From: Vulcanimicrobiota bacterium
GTDB lineage: Bacteria > Vulcanimicrobiota > Vulcanimicrobiia > Vulcanimicrobiales > Vulcanimicrobiaceae
Direction of reading: 5' to 3'
Length of the DNA: 64,000 nt
Assembly (NCBI GenBank): GCA_963748875.1
Contig: CAVVKC010000001.1
Span: 1,767,010 to 1,831,009 of the forward strand
Below, in pieces: positions 46,323 to 54,080 of this stretch (positions are counted from its first letter, which is position 1; each line of letters opens with the position of its first letter). The notes under the pieces were generated by a model. The model did not search any database, was not told where the DNA came from, and worked only from the letters and a program-made list of their open reading frames with translations. A program made the translations under genes and the position numbers.

Positions 46323-46754
46323 TTAGCTTTGTGGACAGACCGTGCCGTTCAACTCAACGCCGGAGCCGGAGTCCACCCCGCGCGTCACCTTCTGCACGAC
46401 GAAGGATTTTACGGGCGACGCGAGCTTCATGATTTTGGTCTGCGTCATCGGCGCTACGGTGATTTGTGCGGACTTGTCGTTGGAGGGCGACACGTTGACC
46501 GACGACTCGTGCAGATGGTTCCACACTGCAAAGCTCACGTATTCGTTAGGGCGGTAGGCGTGTACGATCGCGCCGACCTTATCAGCGCGCAGCAGGCTCT
46601 TGTCCACGAAGAACCGCTTGTACCTGCAGGTGACAGCGAGCGGCGCCGCCTGCTGTTGGAGCGTCGATGTCGACGATGGGAACGTTGGCGAGGTTGGTGC
46701 GCCAGCGCAGGCAGCGAGGGCTGCGAGCGCGCCAAGAGCGAGAAGTGTACGCAT
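46323..46754 (-). CDS. hypothetical lipoprotein
   Basis: MRTLLALGALAALAACAGA lipobox. Confidence 0.55.
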   Translation of the reverse strand: MRTLLALGALAALAACAGAPTSPTFPSSTSTLQQQAAPLAVTCRYKRFFVDKSLLRADKVGAIVHAYRPNEYVSFAVWNHLHESSVNVSPSNDKSAQITVAPMTQTKIMKLASPVKSFVVQKVTRGVDSGSGVELNGTVCPQS

Positions 46755-47300
46755 GATATTCCTTTCGGTCAAACGGGCTTACCGCGCGTCTAGCAATAGG
46801 CGTGCGAATAGCGGCTCCTTCGCCTTCGGTTAGTCCTTTACATGCAGGGCGAGATAGCGCATTCGCGCGCGACAGCCGCTCCGACAGAACGCCGCCGCGG
46901 CAGCGTAGGCGACGCGCTTGCCCTGCAGCTCTTTACGTGCCGCCGGATGCCGAACGCTTGTGCCAGTCCCGCCAGTTGGTCGAGTTGCCGAGCGTCGCGT
47001 GCAACCGCCCTCAGGTGCTACATGCACGGCATTTCTAACATTATCACTCTAATCGTAAGCTGTGCTGCAGCGCGAAAATGACCGAAGACGAGGCCGTTGA
47101 AACAGCGACGAAATTGTAGGCACGAAGTACCAAGAGGCGGTACTTAAGTCCCATATTGTCGATGTCGATCCGCAGGAGATGGATCGACTTCGCTTCCGAT
47201 GTCGCGTGATTGGTGCTAGAATCGAGGAATGCCCGCTTAATATGGCGGGCGACCGTGCAGGTACTTAGAGACGCGGTACTTACGTTTTTCGGAGGCGACA

Positions 47301-48662
47301 ATGATGAAGCATTTAGGAATGCGCGCATGCACAATTCTTTGCTGTGCACTTTTAGCTGCATGCGGCAGTAACAGTTTCTCCTCGCTTACCGCGGTTGTAC
47401 CGTCGGCTGAAAGGCCGTCGGCTCCAGCGCAGAGGGTAGCGCCCGGCAAGCCAGCCGCGCACAGCGAAAATGTACTGTACCGGTTTAAGGGCGGGATGGA
47501 CGGCTCCAGTCCCCAAAGCGCGCTGACCGACGTGAACGGCACACTGTTTGGAACAACGCTCGTCGGCGGCGGCTTCAACTGCATCTCCTCCGGTAGGGGC
47601 GGCTGCGGGACCATCTTCTCGATCGATACATCCGGTTCGGGATACGATATTCTCCACCGTTACCCGGATAGTGGCACGGGCGGGGCCGGGCCGTTAACGC
47701 TGACCTACGCGAATGGCCAACTTTACGGGACAACAGGAGGCGGCGGAGACTTGAACTGCGACAGATCCGGTTACGGCTGCGGAACCGTCTTCGCGATGGA
47801 TCCGTCCGGCGCGTCATATAACGTTCTCTACAGCTTTGCCTCTTTGCAGGACGGGGAGCACCCCGCGACCGCCCTTCTCGACCTAAAAGGCACGCTTTAC
47901 GGAGCGACAAGCTTGGGCGGCAGCGGAACGTGTTACTTCACGAGCGGCCTCGTCGGATGCGGTACTCTATACAAAGTGAACGTTTCATCGAGTAAAAAGC
48001 GCATTCTTTACAACTTTCAGGGCGGCAAAGACGGCTACTTCCCTGCCTCGTATGGTCTGATCGATCTGCACGGCATGTTGTATGGCACAACCGTCGCAGG
48101 CGGATTGCAGAACTGCGGTGGCGACAGCGCTCTAAACGGTTGTGGGACGATCTTTAAAACTCGCCCGTCGGGGGATGGCTACCGTGTCGTCTATCGCTTT
48201 AAAGGAGCTAATGGCAGCGGACGTCCCAACAATATACTCGACGTGAACGGCACGCTCTACGGCACGACTGCAACTGGCGGAAGCTCAGCGTGCTTCTCAC
48301 AAGGGTGCGGTACGCTCTTCAAGTTTGACATTGCGTCGCGCAGACTCACCGTTCTCTATCGCTTTAGGGGCGGCAACGACGGCTCAGACCCAAACAGTCT
48401 CCTGGCGTACGTGAACGGCGCGCTCTACTCGACGACGGTCGCCGGCGGGGGTGCGAGCTGCCAGGGCTACTATGGCGGGTGCGGCACCGTTTTCAAGTTC
48501 GATCTTCCCTCAGGACGAGAGACGGTTCTCTACCGTTTTAAGGGAGGAAACGACGGCGCGGAACCGCTCAGCGGCGTCATCGACGTAAACGGCGCCCTCT
48601 ACGGCACCACGGCCAAGGGTGGCAGAAACGACAACGGCACCGTGTTCTCGCTCTCGACTTAA
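47301..48662 (+). CDS. GloVer-type tandem-repeat lipoprotein
   Basis: Lipobox CCALLAACGSN. Eight or more repeats, e.g. VLYRFKGGMDGSSPQSALTDVNGTLFGTTLVGGGFNC...CGTIFSI. Confidence 0.85.
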   Translation: MMKHLGMRACTILCCALLAACGSNSFSSLTAVVPSAERPSAPAQRVAPGKPAAHSENVLYRFKGGMDGSSPQSALTDVNGTLFGTTLVGGGFNCISSGRGGCGTIFSIDTSGSGYDILHRYPDSGTGGAGPLTLTYANGQLYGTTGGGGDLNCDRSGYGCGTVFAMDPSGASYNVLYSFASLQDGEHPATALLDLKGTLYGATSLGGSGTCYFTSGLVGCGTLYKVNVSSSKKRILYNFQGGKDGYFPASYGLIDLHGMLYGTTVAGGLQNCGGDSALNGCGTIFKTRPSGDGYRVVYRFKGANGSGRPNNILDVNGTLYGTTATGGSSACFSQGCGTLFKFDIASRRLTVLYRFRGGNDGSDPNSLLAYVNGALYSTTVAGGGASCQGYYGGCGTVFKFDLPSGRETVLYRFKGGNDGAEPLSGVIDVNGALYGTTAKGGRNDNGTVFSLST

Positions 48663-48671
48663 GGCACATAA

Positions 48672-49367
48672 GGAAAACAGAATGCAAGTACTCGCGATGC
48701 TGCTAGGCCTAATGCAACCACAGGGAGCGGCCGCGTCATCGGGCCCTTATGGCAAATCGGCGATCCGGCTATCACGGCAAACACCGGGCAATGCGGAGTT
48801 GCAACGTACCCGACCCCCACATCTGCAGACTTTGTATTAGTGAAAAATTTCGGCTGCATGCGCAATCAGCTAAATCCAATCGGCAATGGCGGCTCTGGCG
48901 TGTTTCTGTTAAACGCCGGTCAGACCTATACTTGGAGCTTCCAAACCGTTACCCGCATGAGGATCGATGCAGGCAAGTACACCCAGCGGCTGGTTTGGCA
49001 GATACACGACTACGCCTGTGGTATGTCGCCGGTTACGGTGCTCGGCATTCAGAACTTGGCCGGCGGTCAAAACGGCCAAACTTGGTACCTCGAAAGCGGC
49101 AACGGCACCGAAACCGTGCCTTACGTCGAAGGCGCAACCGATACGTGGAAGATCACGGCCTTGATCTCATCGAGCGGCACGGGACGCATCCAGGCATGGC
49201 ATAACGGAGTGGAGCTTGCCAACGGAAACGGGCGAACGTTCGCGTGTGCCGCAAAACCTTGGTTCAACTTCGGTCCCTACATGTGGGACTGGACCAATCG
49301 AACGGCTGTCTCGAGTTTGAATGAGGTTGGCATCTTGTTCAACTACATGCAACTGGCCAGTCCGTGA
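48672..49367 (+). pseudogene. 5'-truncated concanavalin-like/polysaccharide-lyase-like (PL7/alginate-lyase-2-like) gene
   Basis: ORF track gives 48840..49367 (GTG start). The frame is open back to 48672 but has no ATG/GTG/TTG and no signal peptide. LVWQIHD, GRIQAWHNG and WFNFGPYMW resemble the QIH/YFKAG.Y jelly-roll lyase motifs. Confidence 0.35.
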
Positions 49368-49534
49368 CAGAGCACCCGTTAAGGCTTCAACTCGAAAACG
49401 GCTCCATGTCCGCTCGCGCCACCTGTTCAGTCGTGCCCAATAGCCGGCCACCTTGTTTTAGGCGGCCTTAGCCACCGATCCGCGGCGCAACGCATCTCGA
49501 AGCGCGGCGAGGCCTCTTTTGAAAGGCTTGGCTC

Positions 49535-49726
49535 TTATCGAGTCGGACGACCGCGGGGCAGCCAGACGATTCGGTATATGAAGAAAGCGAGTATCAAACC
49601 GGCATCGGCCTGCCAGAACCAGCCAGATGGGCGAACCGCCAACGAGATGAAAAGAAACAGCGCGCTTAACGCTCCGATATAGTTTAGATAGAATTGTACG
49701 CGTCTGATCATTTTCGTGTAAACCAC
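49535..49726 (-). CDS. hypothetical small two-TM protein
   Basis: 63-aa ORF in a visibly AT-richer patch. Two hydrophobic segments. Confidence 0.3.
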   Translation of the reverse strand: MVYTKMIRRVQFYLNYIGALSALFLFISLAVRPSGWFWQADAGLILAFFIYRIVWLPRGRPTR

Positions 49727-49908
49727 TTCAGTTGATGAATCTATCCCCCTGCTTCTTGCACTTTGCAGGCCCGGAAACCGGCGGAAGGCTTTTTTAGGGC
49801 TTTAGCCGGCAGCGCAGGCCGTCTCCCGTGCGGCGAGTTCCTTGTTTGCGCGGCCTTAATCCCGATCGGCCGGAGTGGTCCGCGGCTCGGCCTTGAAAGG
49901 AGTTCCAC

Positions 49909-50034
49909 ATGCGCAAGTCCCGGTTCACGCGATCTCAGATCGTCGGTGTTCTCAAGGAGCTCGAGGCCGGCGTTAAGGCTGCAATGATTTGTCGCAAGCA
50001 CGGCCTTTCGAGTGTTACGCTTTACAGCCGCCGG
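49909..50034 (+). pseudogene. IS3-family orfA 5' stub (HTH region only)
   Basis: MRKSRFTRSQIVGVLKELEAGVKAAMICRKHGLSSVTLYS matches the IS3/IS911 OrfA N-terminus. Strong RBS GAAAGGAG. Reads in frame into the next gene. Confidence 0.7.
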
Positions 50035-50814
50035 ATGAAACGTTGGGCTGCGGCTCTTGTGGCTTTACTTCTCGTCGACCCGCTACACGCGGCCCGTGCG
50101 GAAAATCCGGCGCTGATGAACGTGTCAATCAGTTGGCTCACCGGCTCGATTTATTTAGTTGAAGACGAAGCCTTCGACATACTGACTAATCCATTAGTTT
50201 ACGTCGGTCGCTCGCAAGTCACCGTTATAGGTGCATCGTGGACGCCAGAAACCGCGAAGTTGGTCGCAAACCAGATCAAACAAATTACGCCGCTTCCCAT
50301 CACAGAAGTGATCGACACCTCCCCAGATCCAGAATGGTCCGGCGGTAACGGCTACTGGAAGCGCATCGGGGCGAAGGTACTCGCCATCGAAATTACCGCG
50401 AGGCTGCTGCAGAATACTTGGCGGACGACGGTCGCCGATTTTCGTCAAGGCCATCCTTCCTATCCAGACGAGCCGCCGGTCTTGCCTACCGAAGTACATA
50501 CTGGTGATTTCCAACTTCAGGATGGTAATATTCGCTGCTTTTATATTGGCCCGTCTCACACGGCCGGCGACATCTTCGTCTACTTTCCCAAAGAGAGAGT
50601 ACTCGACGCCGGCTCTATCCTTAAGGAGCATCTTGGCAACATGGCGAAAGCCGACGTAAAAGCGTACCCGCGTACTCTTCATCGGCTCGAGGCGCTCCGT
50701 CTCGATACCAACATGATCGTCTCAGGACACTGGTCACCAGTGCATGGGCCCGACCTCATCGAGCATTACCTGGAGCTTCTTCGAGAAAATGCGGCGCAAA
50801 GTAAAAAATTGTGA
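50035..50814 (+). CDS. subclass-B1-like metallo-beta-lactamase-fold protein with degenerate zinc motif
   Basis: Signal MKRWAAALVALLLVDPLHAARA. ASWTPETAKLV, VIDTSPDPEWSGG (in place of THxHxDHxGG), FYIGPSHTAGDIFVYFP, VSGHWSP. Confidence 0.7.
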   Translation: MKRWAAALVALLLVDPLHAARAENPALMNVSISWLTGSIYLVEDEAFDILTNPLVYVGRSQVTVIGASWTPETAKLVANQIKQITPLPITEVIDTSPDPEWSGGNGYWKRIGAKVLAIEITARLLQNTWRTTVADFRQGHPSYPDEPPVLPTEVHTGDFQLQDGNIRCFYIGPSHTAGDIFVYFPKERVLDAGSILKEHLGNMAKADVKAYPRTLHRLEALRLDTNMIVSGHWSPVHGPDLIEHYLELLRENAAQSKKL

Positions 50815-50858
50815 GGCGTTTTAGCGCTGCCGAGGCGCTACGACTGAAAGCCACCGCT

Positions 50859-50930
50859 TGGTAGCGCCAACGGGGATCGAAACCGCTTCTGCTAGCGTCA
50901 GGACTCTTCCTGAGAATTCAAAATCGCGCT
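50859..50930 (-). other. tRNA-like fragment (acceptor and T-arm only, encoded CCA); not a functional tRNA by eye
   Basis: Minus strand: AGCGCGA...GCGGT-TTCGATC-CCCGT-TGGCGCT-A-CCA. 6 of 7 acceptor pairs. Canonical TTCGATC loop, but position 53:61 is T:C. The anticodon arm is replaced by a CAGGA-AGAG-TCCTG hairpin. Confidence 0.35.
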
Positions 50931-51046
50931 TTTTAGGCCAAATTCTGCAATTTGACATGTCAGGAGAAGTCACGACTCGCCCCACATATGGACCAGATTT
51001 GGACCACGCGTGCCTACGTGCGTAGGCCGAGTCAAGCACTTTTTTA

Positions 51047-51130
51047 GCTGAGAGAGGTGGGAGTCGAAGCCACTCCCGTTCGTATTGGCTGCTACCTGGT
51101 GGCGTTCGTTCGTATCCATTCGTGCTCAGC
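51047..51130 (-). other. second tRNA-like fragment
   Basis: Minus strand: GCTGAG...GTGGC-TTCGACT-CCCAC...CTCAGC. T-loop TTCGACT with a C:C at 53:61. The 6-bp terminal helix is offset by 4 nt. No D or anticodon arms. Confidence 0.3.
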
Positions 51131-51198
51131 CTACACCATCCAAAGCGCCCGCCATTTCTGCTCGTATCCGCTCATTCCGGCCGAAATAGGGGTCTTGT

Positions 51199-51272
51199 GG
51201 CAGAGTCGTTGGCAGAGTGGCAAATTTCGTCTGTGTCGGCAGAGTCGCTGGTCTGCGGCAAATCGTCGACGG
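51199..51272 (+). repeat. imperfect ~39-bp tandem duplication
   Basis: GGCAGAGTCGTTGG-CAGAGT-GGCAAATTTCGTC (51199-) followed by GGCAGAGTCGCTGG-TCTGC-GGCAAAT-CGTC (51238-). Confidence 0.6.
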
Positions 51273-51462
51273 TTGATCTAGACCTCTCCGCGCGCGCCTC
51301 GAGCACCAAAGAATTCATCCGAAATCTAGCGTCGACAGTCGCGAGGCCTCCCCATATGCTGCAGTCTAAGTACCGCCTCAATGATGGTCTCGCAGTATTG
51401 GCGCGCGCCCTCGACGCCGCGGTGAAGGATCGTCTCCGCCGCTGCATCCCGGGAAAGCGATC

Positions 51463-51505
51463 GAGCGAGAATAACATTACTCAGCGTCTAGGTTTGGCGG
51501 AGTCA
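51463..51505 (+). repeat. IS3-family right-end remnant (copy B)
   Basis: GAGCGAGAATAACATTACTCAGCGTCTAGGTTTGGCGGAGTCA. Similarity to copy C extends about 40 nt further upstream. Confidence 0.65.
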
Positions 51506-51742
51506 CGTCACTCTCGAACTCAGACACTAACGGCCTGTTGCATGCCCGCCTAAGCCTTTTAAAAAGTAAGATCCCGGTGAGGCGCGCTTGGCGTTATCGC
51601 AGGAGCGCTGCCTGGCAATTGCGGGACTCGAAAGCTCAGCCCGCAAACCTGCCGGACATGAAGGCCACTTAACCTAATCCTAAAGAGAGGGGCTTATGAT
51701 CGTTTATAGTCATAGCCACAATCTTTACCAAGGAGGACGTGA

Positions 51743-51940
51743 ATGTCATCAACACCGATCCCTGAGGAGGACGACCAAGACCGGAATTCTGATTCAGAGG
51801 GAAGCTGGAGCAGCGGCGGCCGCAAGATGAACGGCGGTCCGCCTGACACCAGTAAGATGAACGGCGGCCCCCATCAGGACGACAAGGAAAAGGACGAGGA
51901 CAAACCTGACGACGGCGGGAGCGGTACCAGCGCCGGCTAA
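51743..51940 (+). CDS. hypothetical small acidic low-complexity protein
   Basis: AAGGAGG lies 6 nt upstream of the ATG. 65 aa, rich in D/E/G/S, with an internal KMNGGP duplication. Confidence 0.45.
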   Translation: MSSTPIPEEDDQDRNSDSEGSWSSGGRKMNGGPPDTSKMNGGPHQDDKEKDEDKPDDGGSGTSAG

Positions 51941-52076
51941 GCTCCCCTACTAGCTCGATGGCGCCGCACCGCTTCCCGCTTTCCACGCACCGACGCAATC
52001 TGTTGCAGTGCTACCAGTAAACTTTGCCGGGACGAATCCTCTTGAATCGCAAATCACCATATAGCAAAAGGGCCTG

Positions 52077-52625
52077 ATGTCGAACATCGATCCGCTTCTG
52101 GCGCGCAACCGCAAATATGCGGAGTCTGGAGTATGGCGCAATACGCCTCGTCTTCCGTTTCTGCCGCACAGAGGGCTGTATGTTCTAACGTGCATCGATC
52201 CACGGGTTGATCCATTCGAATTTCTCGGCTTGGATTTCGCCGATGCGATTGTCGACCGTACCATCGGAGGCCGCGTAACGCCGGCTGTCCTCCAAGATAT
52301 TTCGTACATCGGCTACCTCGTCGAGAGCAAAGCTCCTGAAGGACCATATTTCGAGCTGGCGATCATCCATCACACCGGCTGCGGCAGCGCGCTTTTAGCC
52401 GACGACGATCTTCGTCATGAGTTTGAGAAACGCGCTGGCTACACCGAAAGCGACCTTGCGTGGCTTCCGGTACTTGACCCGCCGAAGACTGTGAAGATCG
52501 ATGTCGATCGTGTGTGCAATGCGCCTCAGATTTCCGCTAAAATCACGGTCTCCGGACATGTCTACGACGTCGAGACGGGTTTGGTTACTACGGTTGTGCC
52601 TCCGATGCATCCGCGCGGCGCATGA
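52077..52625 (+). CDS. beta-class carbonic anhydrase
   Basis: Zinc-ligand motifs TCIDPRV (C.D.R) and IIHHTGCG (H..C). Confidence 0.8.
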   Translation: MSNIDPLLARNRKYAESGVWRNTPRLPFLPHRGLYVLTCIDPRVDPFEFLGLDFADAIVDRTIGGRVTPAVLQDISYIGYLVESKAPEGPYFELAIIHHTGCGSALLADDDLRHEFEKRAGYTESDLAWLPVLDPPKTVKIDVDRVCNAPQISAKITVSGHVYDVETGLVTTVVPPMHPRGA

Positions 52626-52719
52626 ACAGCGCCATCTTTCCGGCGACGGCATGTTACAGTTGGCGACCCACAACGAACCACCGGGATCTTCGATTGTCGG
52701 AGCTTCTGCGGTTGCCGTG

Positions 52720-53230
52720 CTAAGAGAGCGGCTGCGGCTGCGGATCGAACGGCTGTAGGATCGGTGGCATAGGCATCGGCACGGGTCCGGAGATTGGGTT
52801 GGGTACCGGAACCGGGCTGGGTATCGGAACCGGAGTCGGCACGGGTCCGGAAATCGGATTCGGAATCGGTGATGGGTTCGGGCGGCGGTCTTCGTAACCA
52901 TGGACCAGCGTGCCGCCGAGATCGACGTCGTGCGCGGTGACGTCAACGTTGACGCCCTTCCCTTCGGGCGCGAGCGTGGTTTCGATGTTCCCGCCGGAAC
53001 CGTTCTGCGCGTTGACCTGCAATGACCCGTTCTCTTCGTAGGTGACCGATTCACTGTTGCCGAGCTGCAGCGTTTGTCCGCGCGAGATGGAGAGCGACTG
53101 TCCGTAGCTGGTGACTGAGGCCTGCCCGTTGTCGTTCATGCTGATCGTCGTCGCGCCGTTATTCAGCGCGACCGTCGCCGACTGGTTCCACGTGACGCCG
53201 TTAGCGTTCGGCGGCGTGTCCTGCGTCGAG
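52720..53230 (-). pseudogene. 3' part of a gene split by the IS21 insertion (Pro-rich C-terminus); 5' part at 55741..55804
   Basis: The frame of ORF 52720..53139 stays open upstream to the IS boundary (...STQDTPPNANGVTWNQSATVALNNGATTISMNDNG...). It resumes across the IS at 55741-55804. Confidence 0.75.
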
Positions 53231-53315
53231 CCCCGGCGGCCACTTCAAACTGTACCAGGCGTGGCCACTTCAAAGTGTACCAGCCCGAGCGAAGTGGTGT
53301 TTGTCGTAGGTTAGG

Positions 53316-54080
53316 CTAGGCCGTGACCTTCGCCTTCCGGTTTCGGGCGGTGAGGCTGTGCTCGTGGAGGCGATAGCTCTTGCCGCGAATCTCGATCAGA
53401 TGCGAGTGATGCATCAGGCGATCGAGAAAGGCCGCAACGGCCGGGGTGTCGCCGAACAACTTCGGCCAGTCGTCGAGCGGCCGGTTTGACGTCAGAACCG
53501 TCGAGGTGCGCTCGTAACGGCGCATGACGATCTCAAGTAAATCTTCAGCAGCGTTGGCGGGCAGTTTCCGCATTCCGAGGTCATCAATGATGAGCAGAGG
53601 AATCTCGCTGTACGTCGCGATCGCTTCCGCTCGTTCTCCGGTCGCACTTGCGAGCAGCAGATCTTCGAAGAGCACGTGCGCCTCGCGATAGAGAACGCGA
53701 AATCCGGCATGAATCGCGGCCATACCGATCGCCTGCGCGATGTGGCTCTTGCCAACGCCGGCGTTCCCAAGCAGCAAAACATCCTCGTGCTGCTCGATAA
53801 ATCGGCCGCCGGCGAGTTCGAAGATGAGCGCTCGATCGAGCGTGTTAAACTTCCAATCGAAGGCGTCGAGCGTTCTCTGGTCGCGAAACCCGGCGGCTTT
53901 GACGCGCCGCTCGATCAGCCGATCACGGCGGCGTTGCAGCTCGTCGTGAACCAGCAAGCCGATGAAGTCCAGCGGTCCGAGGCTCTCGGCCCGCGCTTGC
54001 TGCGATCGGATCAATAGCGCATCGGCCATGCCGCCTAGGCGGAGTTGCCGTAAGGATCGATCCAGTTCATCGTTAGTCAT
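53316..54080 (-). CDS. istB: IS21 helper ATPase IstB
   Basis: Walker A LLLGNAGVGKSH, Walker B PLLIIDDLG, MTNDELDRSLRQLRLGGMADAL. ATGA overlap with the istA stop (54077-54080). Confidence 0.9.
   Translation of the reverse strand: MTNDELDRSLRQLRLGGMADALLIRSQQARAESLGPLDFIGLLVHDELQRRRDRLIERRVKAAGFRDQRTLDAFDWKFNTLDRALIFELAGGRFIEQHEDVLLLGNAGVGKSHIAQAIGMAAIHAGFRVLYREAHVLFEDLLLASATGERAEAIATYSEIPLLIIDDLGMRKLPANAAEDLLEIVMRRYERTSTVLTSNRPLDDWPKLFGDTPAVAAFLDRLMHHSHLIEIRGKSYRLHEHSLTARNRKAKVTA

Noticed and set aside
46830-47361. ORFs 46830..47027 (-), 46842..47081 (+) and 47044..47361 (-) between the lipoprotein and GloVer genes.
   Set aside because: I recognised no motifs, and the frames conflict and overlap. 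47044..47361 overlaps the GloVer start and promoter region. This is probably degraded or non-coding sequence.
49909-50814. A single 301-aa fusion protein combining the IS3 OrfA HTH and the MBL fold.
   Set aside because: The N-terminal 42 aa are an IS3 orfA stub. The MBL part has its own Met and signal peptide at 50035, and a signal peptide buried behind a cytoplasmic HTH is implausible. I treated them as a stub plus a CDS. Read-through translation from the IS RBS cannot be excluded.
51085-51110. SRP (4.5S) RNA-like motif ACCAGGT...AGCAGCCAA on the minus strand.
   Set aside because: The conserved GGAA-tetraloop hairpin (CAGGUCCGGAAGGAAGCAG) between the two halves is missing, and there is no flanking helix 5/8 structure. 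This is a chance resemblance.
50859-51135. Possible tmRNA (ssrA): tRNA-like 3' end with encoded CCA, a GGCTTCGAC motif and internal hairpins.
   Set aside because: The putative 5' and 3' ends do not pair into an acceptor stem. The 3' strand ends GCT-ACCA, so there is no G3:U70 alanine identity pair. I found no plausible resume codon or ...ALAA-type tag ORF. The ~275-nt span is short for a tmRNA. I kept it only as tRNA-like fragments.
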